From a virus (Duplodnaviria; Heunggongvirae; Uroviricota; Caudoviricetes), in IMG/VR virus record IMGVR_UViG_3300022660_000063, positions 1 to 64,000 of that record: a stretch of DNA of 64,000 bases. One strand, written 5' to 3'. A program made the position numbers and the translations under genes. Below the pieces are notes generated by a model. That model was not told the origin of the DNA and did no database searches. It worked only from the letters and a program-made list of their open reading frames with translations. Below are positions 18,499-28,081 of the stretch, piece by piece (within the stretch, counting starts at the first letter, position 1; each line of letters starts with the position of its first letter).

Positions 18499-19056
18499 AT
18501 GATCTATAATAGCATTTATTTGAATAAAAAACATGAAAAAGTTTGTAAGGAATTCTATAAAAGGTTTGCTTACGGTGAACAATATTTAAGTTTGAATCAT
18601 ATTGGTGAAATAGAAGAGATGCCTAGAGATTATTATTGGCAAGAAAGAGAGGTATATAATATAATATTACCTTATATAAATTTACTTAAAAATAAAGGGG
18701 TAAAGGATAAAGATTTATATGGCAGATATGGATTTGTATCTCTAGTATATAACCTACAAGTAGCTTATAATAAAGTTAAAAATAATGCTTTAACAATTAT
18801 AAATAGATATGCTTTCCCAACTGCTCTAATAGAAGATGGTTCAGTTGATATCGATAGCTTAGAAGAAGAGGGATTAGCTCCAGGGAAAATCTTAGTTTAT
18901 AGACAAGGTGCTCAAAAACCAGATACTAGTCAGGATTTCTTAAAAACAGATATTTTATTTTCATTATCTACTTATGAAGAGCACCTGGAAACTGAAATGC
19001 GTAAAATGTATGATTTATTCTTAGAAGGATGGTATAAAAACAATGAGAAAATATAA
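18499..19056 (+). CDS. hypothetical protein
   Basis: 185 aa with RBS. Confidence 0.4.
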   Translation: MIYNSIYLNKKHEKVCKEFYKRFAYGEQYLSLNHIGEIEEMPRDYYWQEREVYNIILPYINLLKNKGVKDKDLYGRYGFVSLVYNLQVAYNKVKNNALTIINRYAFPTALIEDGSVDIDSLEEEGLAPGKILVYRQGAQKPDTSQDFLKTDILFSLSTYEEHLETEMRKMYDLFLEGWYKNNEKI

Positions 19057-19681
19057 TAAAATTGAAGCAATTTATGCAAGAGATGAAGAAACTAAAAAGA
19101 CTATAGATAAATATAGAAACCCAACTATAGAATTTTTAAAAGATTTAACTTGGCAATTTACTGAAAAAGTGGATGGTACTAATGTTAGAGTTCATTGGGA
19201 TGGTCATAAAGTAACGTTTGGTGGAAGAACAGATAATGCATCAATGCCTGCATTTTTAGTAAATAGACTAAATGAATTATTCGGTGGTAATGCTAATGAA
19301 GAACTATTTGAACAAAAATTTGGTGAAATGGAAGTAACCTTATATGGTGAAGGATATGGACCTAAAATTCAATCAGGTGGAGCTTATAGAAATGATGTAG
19401 ATTTTATTTTATTTGATGTTCAAATAGGAGATAATTATCAACCAAGAGAATCTGTAGAAGATATAGCGAATTACTTTAAATTAGATATTGTACCTATTTT
19501 ATTTGAAGGTCCATTAAGTAGAGGGATCAACTATGTTAAAACAGAAAGAAGAAGTGCTATAGCAAAGAATGGGCACTTGATTGAAGGACTTGTTGCAAGA
19601 CCTAAATTTGAATTGAAAGATAGATGCGGGAATAGAATTATTGTTAAAATAAAATATGAAGATTTAAAGGATATATTATAA
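19043..19681 (+). CDS. minimal ATP-dependent RNA ligase (Rnl2/Rnl5-like nucleotidyltransferase)
   Basis: Motif I 'EKVDGTN', III 'FILFDV', IV 'EGLVAR', V 'RIIVKIK'; 212 aa. Confidence 0.65.
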   Translation: MRKYNKIEAIYARDEETKKTIDKYRNPTIEFLKDLTWQFTEKVDGTNVRVHWDGHKVTFGGRTDNASMPAFLVNRLNELFGGNANEELFEQKFGEMEVTLYGEGYGPKIQSGGAYRNDVDFILFDVQIGDNYQPRESVEDIANYFKLDIVPILFEGPLSRGINYVKTERRSAIAKNGHLIEGLVARPKFELKDRCGNRIIVKIKYEDLKDIL

Positions 19682-19682
19682 T

Positions 19683-19892
19683 ATGAAACAGTTTATTAGA
19701 AATAAGACTTTTGAAACAAACTCAAGTTCTACTCATAGTTTAACTTTGGATAACCATAATAAAATAACAGATCTACTATATGAAGCTATAAACAAAATTG
19801 AAAGTATAGATAGTATGGATGAAGTATATGCAATTCTTGGATTAATGAAACGAGCAGAACGTTTATTACTAGATAATTTAGGAGATTATTAA
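19683..19892 (+). CDS. member A (short, 69 aa) of the 'MKQxIRNxTFETNSSSxHSL' paralogous family
   Basis: N-terminus MKQFIRNKTFETNSSSTHSL. Confidence 0.5.
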   Translation: MKQFIRNKTFETNSSSTHSLTLDNHNKITDLLYEAINKIESIDSMDEVYAILGLMKRAERLLLDNLGDY

Positions 19893-19894
19893 AT

Positions 19895-20767
19895 ATGAAA
19901 CAACTTATTAGAAATTCAACCTTTGAAACAAATAGCAGTTCAATGCATAGTTTAGTTATATCTAAGAAAGTTAAACCTTACTCAGTTAGTGATAAATCAT
20001 TGCACTATTATGGCAATGATTTTGAACTATTTGGATGTTGTGATACTCATTCTTTTGGAAGAACACCTTTTGAAGTTTTATCTAGTCCAAAAGATAAACT
20101 AAGATATTATGTAGCACATTATGTAGGTTTCAAAAAAGAAAAAGAAAGGTTAAAAGAAGTTGAAGATCTTGTTTATGAGCTTACAGGATGTTCTAGGGAG
20201 AAAATAAAATTATATTGTGAAGAAGAATACCCTTGGAAAAAGAAACCAGAAAAATCTTATGGATATGCTGGTATAAATGACACAGGCGAAGATGTATTTG
20301 ATTATATTGAAAAGAATAATATATCTTTGAGAGAATTTATCCTTGACCCTAGGTACACTGTTATTGTAGATGGTGATGAATACCAAGAGTTTAAAAAATT
20401 ATTTAAAAAAGGTATTATTGATTTAGATAATATAGATTATATATCTAGTGGTAAGCATTTTTGGATTGATGATATTAAAACATTTAGTCTATATTACATT
20501 AATAGATTTGTAAATGATGATGTTTATAATGAATTTATGGAAGAGATAGATAATTATAATAATGAATTTATAAAATGTATTGAAATAGAAGATGAAGAGG
20601 ATGTTGATATAAATCAATCAGCTATGATAACATTTGCATCAGTATTAGAATGTTTTAAGCATTTAACTTATGGCAGAAATATACCAATCAAACTTATTCT
20701 TAAAACTCATTCACTAGATGATTTTAAACCAATATTAAAATATATAAGTTTAGAAGTTGATAATTAA
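19895..20767 (+). CDS. member B (290 aa) of the 'MKQxIRNxTFETNSSSxHSL' family
   Basis: N-terminus MKQLIRNSTFETNSSSMHSL, then unrelated acidic C-terminal region. Confidence 0.5.
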   Translation: MKQLIRNSTFETNSSSMHSLVISKKVKPYSVSDKSLHYYGNDFELFGCCDTHSFGRTPFEVLSSPKDKLRYYVAHYVGFKKEKERLKEVEDLVYELTGCSREKIKLYCEEEYPWKKKPEKSYGYAGINDTGEDVFDYIEKNNISLREFILDPRYTVIVDGDEYQEFKKLFKKGIIDLDNIDYISSGKHFWIDDIKTFSLYYINRFVNDDVYNEFMEEIDNYNNEFIKCIEIEDEEDVDINQSAMITFASVLECFKHLTYGRNIPIKLILKTHSLDDFKPILKYISLEVDN

Positions 20768-20800
20768 TTATCAACTTTTTTATTTTTCTGTTAAAATTAG

Positions 20801-20829
20801 TTTACTTTTTAATCATAATCTTATATAAT
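20801..20829 (+). promoter_or_regulatory. promoter P4 (TTTACT, 17 bp, TATAAT)
   Basis: tttact 20801-20806; tataat 20824-20829; preceded by ttaaaa/ttttaa hairpin and a T-run. Confidence 0.6.
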
Positions 20830-20853
20830 ATTTATAATTAAAAGGAGTAGCTA

Positions 20854-21009
20854 TGGTAGTAGTAAAAGAATCTTATAATATAAATAATGAATTAGAACTT
20901 AATATATGTTCTACTTTTCTGTATATTTTATATAAAGATAAGATAAACAAAGGTTTAGCAAATATCACATTTGAAAATAATATTTTATATTACAGGGAGA
21001 TTGTATAAT
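20854..21009 (+). CDS. possible small ORF (51 aa)
   Basis: AAGGAG RBS then ATG; fills the gap between P4 and the PARP gene. Confidence 0.3.
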
Positions 21010-22177
21010 GAATAAAAAGTTAATATGTGTTACACCTAACAATAATAATAAGTTTTACAATATGACAGATCTCGGTGACGGTACTTTCGAAGTTGAATAT
21101 GGAAGAGTTGGAGCTACAAGTGTAAAAACTTCTTACTCTATGTCTCAATGGGATAAAAAATACAATGAAAAAATAAAGAAAGGGTATGTTGATATAAGTG
21201 AATCTTTATCTCAAGACATTAAAAAAGCTTCTTTAAAGATAGATGATAAAGATGTTAAAGATTTAATTTCATTTCTTATGAGTTGTGCAAAACAGTCTAT
21301 CAAATCAAATTATGAAGTATCACTGGACTCAATTTCAGATATTCAAATAAATAAAGTCCAAGAAATATTAGACGAGTTGAATGACTTGGATTTAACAAAA
21401 TTACCTTATAATATTATAAATAACTATCTTCAAAAGGTGTATACAACTATACCAAGAAAAATGTATGATACAAGAGCTTTTTTCTTAAAACCTAATTACA
21501 CTAAACAAGAATTTATAGAATTATTACAAGAAGAACAAAATAAACTCAACACACTTAAATCACAAGTTAATTTGAATACCCAATCTAATAAAATTGAAGA
21601 TATAACATTAGAAACACTTGGGTTTGATTGTAGATTAGCAACGCAAGAAGAAAGAGAATTTATAGCTGCCAATACTGATTTTAGAGTTAATAATCAAAAA
21701 ATATTTAGAGTTACAAATCATGAAACTGAGAAAGTATTTAATCCAGATAATCTTAAAACAAGACTTTTATATCATGGAAGTAGAAATGAGAATTATCTAA
21801 GCATTATGCAAACAGGGTTAAAAATTAGACCTAAGGGTGTTGTCTTAACAGGTTCGATGTTTGGTAATGGTATATATGCAGCTAATAAAGCAAGAAAAAG
21901 CATTGGTTATACATCATTAAGAGGTAGTTATTGGGCATCTGGCTCAAGTAATAAAGCTTATCTAACTATATTTGAATTTGCTACAGGTCAAGAATGGCGA
22001 ATTTTAGATAATGAAAGTTATAAATCTTGGATGGGCAGGATTACTGAAGATCAAGTTAAATCACAAAAATGTAATTCAGTATTTGCTAGAGGTGGTGCTG
22101 ATTTAAGAAACGATGAATATATTGTATATAATAGTAATCAATGTACTATTAGATATATAATTGAAATAAATAATTAA
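21008..22177 (+). CDS. poly(ADP-ribose) polymerase-like protein (WGR domain plus PARP catalytic domain, H-Y-E triad)
   Basis: N-terminal WGR-like 'FYNMTDLGDGTFEVEYGRVGATSVKTSY...KIKKGY'. C-terminal 'LLYHGSRNENYLSIMQTGLKIRP', 'GSMFGNGIYAANKARKSIGY', 'NDEYIVYNSNQ'. Confidence 0.8.
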   Translation: MNKKLICVTPNNNNKFYNMTDLGDGTFEVEYGRVGATSVKTSYSMSQWDKKYNEKIKKGYVDISESLSQDIKKASLKIDDKDVKDLISFLMSCAKQSIKSNYEVSLDSISDIQINKVQEILDELNDLDLTKLPYNIINNYLQKVYTTIPRKMYDTRAFFLKPNYTKQEFIELLQEEQNKLNTLKSQVNLNTQSNKIEDITLETLGFDCRLATQEEREFIAANTDFRVNNQKIFRVTNHETEKVFNPDNLKTRLLYHGSRNENYLSIMQTGLKIRPKGVVLTGSMFGNGIYAANKARKSIGYTSLRGSYWASGSSNKAYLTIFEFATGQEWRILDNESYKSWMGRITEDQVKSQKCNSVFARGGADLRNDEYIVYNSNQCTIRYIIEINN

Positions 22178-22191
22178 GGAGATATGATATT

Positions 22192-22656
22192 ATGTTAATA
22201 GTTTTATTTTTAATTTCTGTAGGTATACTTATATCAGGTTTGTTAGTATATAAACTAACAGATTATGGAGATGAAAATCCATATAGTTATATAGGTATTA
22301 TTTTAGGCATTCTTTTATCGCTTGGTGCTTTTGTAACACTTATAGTAGGTGGGATAACTATATCAGAAAGTAGTATTATTGATGATAAAATACAAATGTA
22401 CACTGAGGAGAATACAAATATCGAAACAACTATCACAGCTACAGTAGAGAAATATCTTGAGCACGAATTAAACATATTTGATAGTTTACAAGGTGAAGAC
22501 ATACAAACGCTATTGGTAGTATACCCAGAAATTAATAGCAATGAGCTTGTTAAAGCACAAATAGAAGTGTTTATAGATAACAATAACAAAATAAAAGAAT
22601 TAAAAGAACAAAAACTAAATATTCAAGTTTGGAAATTTTGGGTTTATTTTGGATAG
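22192..22656 (+). CDS. membrane protein (2 TM)
   Basis: Two hydrophobic helices at the N-terminus. Confidence 0.45.
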   Translation: MLIVLFLISVGILISGLLVYKLTDYGDENPYSYIGIILGILLSLGAFVTLIVGGITISESSIIDDKIQMYTEENTNIETTITATVEKYLEHELNIFDSLQGEDIQTLLVVYPEINSNELVKAQIEVFIDNNNKIKELKEQKLNIQVWKFWVYFG

Positions 22657-22666
22657 GAGGAGAGAA

Positions 22667-23306
22667 AATGAGATCTATTTTAATTAGTATTAAACCTGAA
22701 TGGGTTGAGAAAATATTTACCGGTAAGAAAATTCTTGAAATCAGAAAATCAATCCCAAAATGCAATCTGCCTTGTAAAGTTTATATTTATTGTACTCAAT
22801 CTACTAAGTATGCTTTTTATCATATTAAAGATGAAAGATTCATGTTATATAAAGGTACTGGAAAGCAAGTAAATGGTAATTTGAGTTGCGGTACAAAATT
22901 AAATGGTAAAGTAGTTGCAGAATTTACATTGCATGATATTGAAACTATTGATAGAGATTATAATGATTGGCTACCAAAAAGAATGTATGATATAATGCCA
23001 AGTCAATTAGAGGCATCTTGTTTAACTGAAGAGCAACTAGATAATTATGGTAAAGGTAAAACTTTATACGCATGGTGTATAGATGATTTGAAAATTTATA
23101 AACAACCAAAAGCGTTAAATGAATTTAAAAAAGACTTAGATTGTGATGATTATCCTTGCAATAAAAATAGTGATTGTAAATATAACTATTATGACACAAG
23201 TGAAGGTTGTTGGGCTTGTGGGATCGACTTTGATGGTGCAAATTGTATTTATAAACAAATAAATAAAGCCCCACAAAGCTGGTGTTATGTAGAGGAGATT
23301 AAGTAA
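22667..23306 (+). CDS. ASCH-domain protein with Cys-rich C-terminus
   Basis: 'SIKPEWVEKIFTGKKILEIRK' and 'GKGKTLYAWCIDDLKIYKQP' ASCH/PUA-like pattern; ATG 22667 after GGAGGAG. Confidence 0.55.
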
Positions 23307-23307
23307 C

Positions 23308-24042
23308 ATGTATGATTATGAAGATTATTATAGAGAACCATCAGAGATAGAAGATTTATTTAATGAGTATTCAGCAAAATTACAAACAATGTTAAAGAAT
23401 GAGATTGTAAATAATGCTAAGAAATATGATGTAAATAAAGATGAAGTTAAAACTATGATGATGGTTGCGAATGGACTTAAAGAAGAGTATGAAAAGAAAC
23501 TTGAAGATTTTGATAATGAAATAAGTAAAGCAGCCCAAGAACAACATAATAAATGGTTAGAGAAATTACTCCACACTGATATTAAAGTTGGTGATACTGT
23601 TTATAAGATATATTCAAATGGGTATACTTATCTAACTTGTCCTTATTGTGAAAATGGAAAAGTTGCAGTCACTTTAGGTAATAGAATAGAATCTGTTGAT
23701 TGTCCTATTTGTAAAAATTATAGACCATCTCTACCTAAATATGAGTATAAAAAAGTTAGAGTAAGACAATTAAGTATGACTCTCACTTGTTCAGATAAGA
23801 ATGAAAAAGCTACTCCTTATGTTGATAATTGGGTAGATACATCTAATTATCCTTTTAATAAATTCCAATGTAATTGGTGCATTAGAGATGAGAATTGGGA
23901 CACTTTAACATCTGATAGAACTGCAAAAACAGAAGAACAGGCAAAACTACTTATTACTCATATTAAAGAAGAAGCAATAAGTAAATTAGAAGAAAAATAT
24001 GGTAAAGATAAAGTTCAAGATATGTTAAAGGAGATTGAATAA
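23308..24042 (+). CDS. hypothetical protein with zinc-ribbon motifs
   Basis: CPYCENGK...CPICKN and CNWC. Confidence 0.4.
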   Translation: MYDYEDYYREPSEIEDLFNEYSAKLQTMLKNEIVNNAKKYDVNKDEVKTMMMVANGLKEEYEKKLEDFDNEISKAAQEQHNKWLEKLLHTDIKVGDTVYKIYSNGYTYLTCPYCENGKVAVTLGNRIESVDCPICKNYRPSLPKYEYKKVRVRQLSMTLTCSDKNEKATPYVDNWVDTSNYPFNKFQCNWCIRDENWDTLTSDRTAKTEEQAKLLITHIKEEAISKLEEKYGKDKVQDMLKEIE

Positions 24043-24043
24043 A

Positions 24044-25360
24044 ATGGTTTTAAAAGTATTTGAAGAATTTGTAAATGAAATTAACTCTAGTAATTCTAGA
24101 TTATATAAAGAAGCTGTGTTAGATAAATATAAAGAAAATGAATATGTAAAACAAATAGTTCATTTTATATTCAACCCCTATATTGTCACAGGTATCTCAA
24201 AAAAGAAAATAGATAGAATTAAATCTTCATTTATAAGTAAAGAAGATATACCAGAAACTTATGATATATTTGACTTACTTAATTATGTTAAGTTGAATAA
24301 CACTGGTTCAGATTCAACTTTAATTGAAGTCTTAAAATGTGCTATGTCTAATAAAGATTATTCTGAACTTATATTTAAAATAGTTTCTAAAGATATTAAA
24401 TTGGGTATTCAATCAACAACTATAAATAAAATTTGGGGTGATAATTTTATACCTTGCTTCGACGTGATGTTAGCACAAAAATATTTTGACAATCCAGATA
24501 AACTTGTTCCAGAAGGGATTCAATTTATTTTGACTCCAAAGTTAGATGGTGTCAGATGTGTTTTAATTAACGATGGTTTTTCAGGTGCAAAATTCTTTTC
24601 CAGACAAGGTCAGTTAATAGAGCAATTGATAGAACTTGAAGAAGAAGCAAAACAGTTACCTATGGGTTATGTATATGATGGTGAACTACTGTTAGATAAC
24701 AAAGATAATTTAGAGAGTAAAGATTTATATAGGGCAACTGTAAAAGTTACTAGTGCAGATAAAGAAAAAACTAATCTTATATTCAATGTTTTTGACATGA
24801 TTCCAATTACAGATTTTCAAAATGGTTATTGTAATGCGCCTGCATCTTTAAGAAAAGAGCAATTATTAAAACAATTTACTTTTATGAAATTACCTCATAT
24901 AGTTGACGTTCCTATCTTATATTATGGTGATGATAAACAGGTTATTACTGAACAATTAGATATTATAACAGCTGCTGGAGGTGAGGGTGTCATGATTAAT
25001 ATTGCAGATGCCCCTTATGAATGTAAAAGAAGCAAAGGCTTACTTAAAGTTAAGAAAATGCAAACCTGCGATGTTAAAGTTGTTGGTATGGAAGAAGGTA
25101 CAGGAAAAAATAAAGGTAAACTTGGAGCATTAAAGATTGAATTTATTGGTCCTGATGGGTTTACTTATCAAAATGATGTAGGTTCGGGTTTGACTGATGA
25201 GGATAGAGAGTATTATTGGGATAACCCAGATAAAATTTTAAATAAAATAATTGAAATACAATATTTTGAAATATCAGCCAATCAACAAGGTACTTTTGGA
25301 TTAAGGTTTCCTGTATTCAAGTGGATAAGAGAAGATAAGACTGATATATCAATGTATTAA
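24044..25360 (+). CDS. ATP-dependent DNA ligase
   Basis: Motif I 'TPKLDGVRCV', III 'FNVFDM', IV 'EGVMIN', V 'LLKVKK'. Confidence 0.8.
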   Translation: MVLKVFEEFVNEINSSNSRLYKEAVLDKYKENEYVKQIVHFIFNPYIVTGISKKKIDRIKSSFISKEDIPETYDIFDLLNYVKLNNTGSDSTLIEVLKCAMSNKDYSELIFKIVSKDIKLGIQSTTINKIWGDNFIPCFDVMLAQKYFDNPDKLVPEGIQFILTPKLDGVRCVLINDGFSGAKFFSRQGQLIEQLIELEEEAKQLPMGYVYDGELLLDNKDNLESKDLYRATVKVTSADKEKTNLIFNVFDMIPITDFQNGYCNAPASLRKEQLLKQFTFMKLPHIVDVPILYYGDDKQVITEQLDIITAAGGEGVMINIADAPYECKRSKGLLKVKKMQTCDVKVVGMEEGTGKNKGKLGALKIEFIGPDGFTYQNDVGSGLTDEDREYYWDNPDKILNKIIEIQYFEISANQQGTFGLRFPVFKWIREDKTDISMY

Positions 25361-25371
25361 AGGGGGTTATT

Positions 25372-25710
25372 ATGGAATATATTTCAAAGAAAGACTGGGA
25401 GTGGATAAGTGACCGTTTTTTAACAGGTTGGGACTTTATTTTTAGTAATGGTGTTATATCTATTAAATGTGATAAGTTTACGAAAACTTACCCAAGAGAT
25501 GGGAAATATGTAACATTAGATATTCATTACTTGCATTTACATGATTTATACATAGATGCAAGTTCTAAAGAGAATATTGAATATATTTGTAATGAACTCC
25601 ATAAGTCTAATTCAAAGAAAACATATTTAAAACTTATAAAGAAAAATTTAGTTTCAAAGTATAGTTTCTTTTGTTTATATGAATTAAATCAATTGGGTTT
25701 ATTGGATTAA
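25372..25710 (+). CDS. hypothetical protein
   Basis: 112 aa with RBS. Confidence 0.4.
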   Translation: MEYISKKDWEWISDRFLTGWDFIFSNGVISIKCDKFTKTYPRDGKYVTLDIHYLHLHDLYIDASSKENIEYICNELHKSNSKKTYLKLIKKNLVSKYSFFCLYELNQLGLLD

Positions 25711-25739
25711 ACTGTATAATTATATAGGAGAATTTATAT

Positions 25740-26288
25740 ATGCATAAATTTACAAGAAATTATGTTTTTGGTAGAGTAGAGTATGTAATAGACCATTTAG
25801 ATACCTCTAAAAGTTCTATGCATATGGATATTGACTATGAATATACTCGAATGTTGATAGAGGAAGAAAAGAATCATAGGTGCACCCAAATATGGAGTGT
25901 TATATTTCTTATAATCTCTGTAGCTTTATCAGTTTTAAATGGCGTTTGTTTAAGTGCAGAGTCATACACCACTTTACTTGCTAATGTTATAGCAGCAATT
26001 ATAGAAACAATATTTGTTTTATTAAGTTTTGTATTGATAGTTTATGCTGGCTGTAATTTGGATGAGGATTCCAATATACGGAAATTAGAAGATTTGTATA
26101 CTATGACTGATGCAGGACTTGCTCAATTTTTGAAAGCAAAAGAAGAATATGAGTTAAAAGAAAAAGCAAAGAATGATTTAAAAGCAGATAAATTAATAAC
26201 AGTATACGATACACTAGATTCTGAATTAAGTAGACAGAGAAAACTTAAAATAATATCAAGTATTATAAAAGAAATGGAGAATGAATAA
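25740..26288 (+). CDS. membrane protein with coiled-coil tail
   Basis: Two TM helices then a charged helical region. Confidence 0.4.
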   Translation: MHKFTRNYVFGRVEYVIDHLDTSKSSMHMDIDYEYTRMLIEEEKNHRCTQIWSVIFLIISVALSVLNGVCLSAESYTTLLANVIAAIIETIFVLLSFVLIVYAGCNLDEDSNIRKLEDLYTMTDAGLAQFLKAKEEYELKEKAKNDLKADKLITVYDTLDSELSRQRKLKIISSIIKEMENE

Positions 26289-26882
26289 ATGAAACAAACT
26301 ATAAGATTAGAAACATTTGAGACTAATAGTTCAAGTTATCATAGCTTAGCCATTATTAAACAAAGTAAAGAAACTAAAAATGCAAGAGAAATAATTCCAG
26401 GACAAGATTTAGAGATAACAAGTAAAGTTTCTAGAAGGACAATGGGGTGGACAAGCTCATATCAATTTACCGCAAGAAGTACTTTTGATAAAGCACAAAC
26501 CTTGTTAAGATTTATTGCATCAGAAGTAGATGATCAATGTGATGAAATAGTAAAAGAATCAGAGTATACTAACTATGACGAGCCTAAATATTTAGAAGAT
26601 TATTATGATAGTAAAGGTTGTCATCACATAAAAACAAATCCAAAAAGATGTGATTATGAACTTAGAAGAAAACTTATGGATGAAAGATTTTATGAAGTAC
26701 CTTTAATCAAAGCATTTGTGAATGCAATAAAGAAATATATCGGTGAAGATAAACAAGTAATTATTCCAGAAAAAAGAGATTTAGAGCATCTGTATGATGA
26801 AGGTAAAGGATTAGATGATTTATTAATGATTCCAAGCTACGAACTTAAAAATGTAGAATTACTCACAAAGAAATTTTATTAA
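26289..26882 (+). CDS. member C (197 aa) of the 'MKQxIRNxTFETNSSSxHSL' family
   Basis: N-terminus MKQTIRLETFETNSSSYHSL. Confidence 0.5.
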   Translation: MKQTIRLETFETNSSSYHSLAIIKQSKETKNAREIIPGQDLEITSKVSRRTMGWTSSYQFTARSTFDKAQTLLRFIASEVDDQCDEIVKESEYTNYDEPKYLEDYYDSKGCHHIKTNPKRCDYELRRKLMDERFYEVPLIKAFVNAIKKYIGEDKQVIIPEKRDLEHLYDEGKGLDDLLMIPSYELKNVELLTKKFY

Positions 26883-26966
26883 ATAATATTTGACCCAGAT
26901 TATATACTGCAAGAAGATTGTGAAAGTAATGAATAATAAAATTTAAAGTAAACTAGTTAAAATTAG

Positions 26967-26995
26967 TTTACTTTTTCTTTTTATTGATATATAAT
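26967..26995 (+). promoter_or_regulatory. promoter P5 (TTTACT, 17 bp, TATAAT) with inverted repeat GTAAACTA..TAGTTTAC
   Basis: tttact 26967-26972; tataat 26990-26995; inverted repeat 26948-26955 / 26964-26971. Confidence 0.6.
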
Positions 26996-27028
26996 ATTAA
27001 TGTATATATAAATAAAGGAGAAAAAACT

Positions 27029-27336
27029 ATGTTAGATGCAGCATACATAAAAATAAACATTATACATTGCATAAAGATTCTTATGCTAATAATGGTTCAT
27101 TAGCGGTATTTTTATCAGATAACAAGGAAATGATAGCAGTATTAACAGTAAATATAGATGCTAGTGATTGTATAGGTGATGAAGCATGTGCTTATATAGA
27201 TACTAACAATATCCCATGGGTTGAGGATTTTTTACAAGAGAATAAAATAGCTTATCCGACAGGTGAGTATGGATTTAGTGGGTTCTGTGCTTACCCTTTA
27301 TATAGATTTGATTTAAGTAAACTCGAGGAGGTTTAA
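27029..27336 (+). CDS. hypothetical protein; apparent frameshift in an A5 run (27048-27052) between the RBS-proximal ATG 27029 and the long ORF 27067..27336
   Basis: AAAGGAG then ATG 27029 opens a 23-codon ORF; one extra A in the run would fuse it to the 89-aa ORF in the neighbouring frame. Confidence 0.35.
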
Positions 27337-27340
27337 TAAT

Positions 27341-27658
27341 ATGGATAGAACATATGTAGTATGTCAAGAATGGGATTATTACGATAAACATGAAAAATGT
27401 GTGATAACATATACATCTGCTGATATTGAAGATTATGATGGTTACAATATGATAGGACATAAAGGTTTTGAAGGATGTAGTATTGACATATATCCAACAT
27501 TAGAAGAAGCTATAATTAAGTCTCATTTTAATCCACAGGCTATTGATTTTCAACTAGATGAAAAAGATTTAATAGAAGCAAAAGATATAATTTCAAGATA
27601 TGATTGGAGTTATGAAAAAGGATTAATTAAAAAAGGAGATGAAGATGCAATTAACTAA
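27341..27658 (+). CDS. hypothetical protein
   Basis: GAGGAGG RBS; 105 aa. Confidence 0.4.
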   Translation: MDRTYVVCQEWDYYDKHEKCVITYTSADIEDYDGYNMIGHKGFEGCSIDIYPTLEEAIIKSHFNPQAIDFQLDEKDLIEAKDIISRYDWSYEKGLIKKGDEDAIN

Positions 27659-27998
27659 AGAATCAATATTAATAGATACCCAACCAGGTTTTGCTTTTAT
27701 GCTTCATTATAACTGGGAAAAAGGAGTTATCTGGTTATCTAAGAATAGTTCCAAGAGTAAAAAAGTTAGATTAACTACAAAAGATGTTTATATAAGTGAA
27801 GGTGAAAAGGATAAATTTTATAGATCTAGAACTGGATACGGTCCTGATGTCGAACTAGGTTTGCTTAAACCTTGTTCTTATATAACCAAAAAAGATAATG
27901 AAAATATATTTAATTATTGGGTAAAATTTATGTATGATAGATATATGAATCTTAAACACAAGCAAGAAGTTATAGATAAAGGAGTTTATAATGGATAA
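27645..27998 (+). CDS. hypothetical protein
   Basis: Second ATG (27645) has proper RBS spacing. Confidence 0.4.
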   Translation: MQLTKESILIDTQPGFAFMLHYNWEKGVIWLSKNSSKSKKVRLTTKDVYISEGEKDKFYRSRTGYGPDVELGLLKPCSYITKKDNENIFNYWVKFMYDRYMNLKHKQEVIDKGVYNG

Positions 27999-28081
27999 AT
28001 ATTTAGATAAAGTAGAGAAGAATGGTTCTTTCAAGAAAAATTATTTTCTTGAAAAAGTAGAATTATATGAGGAGGAAGAAA

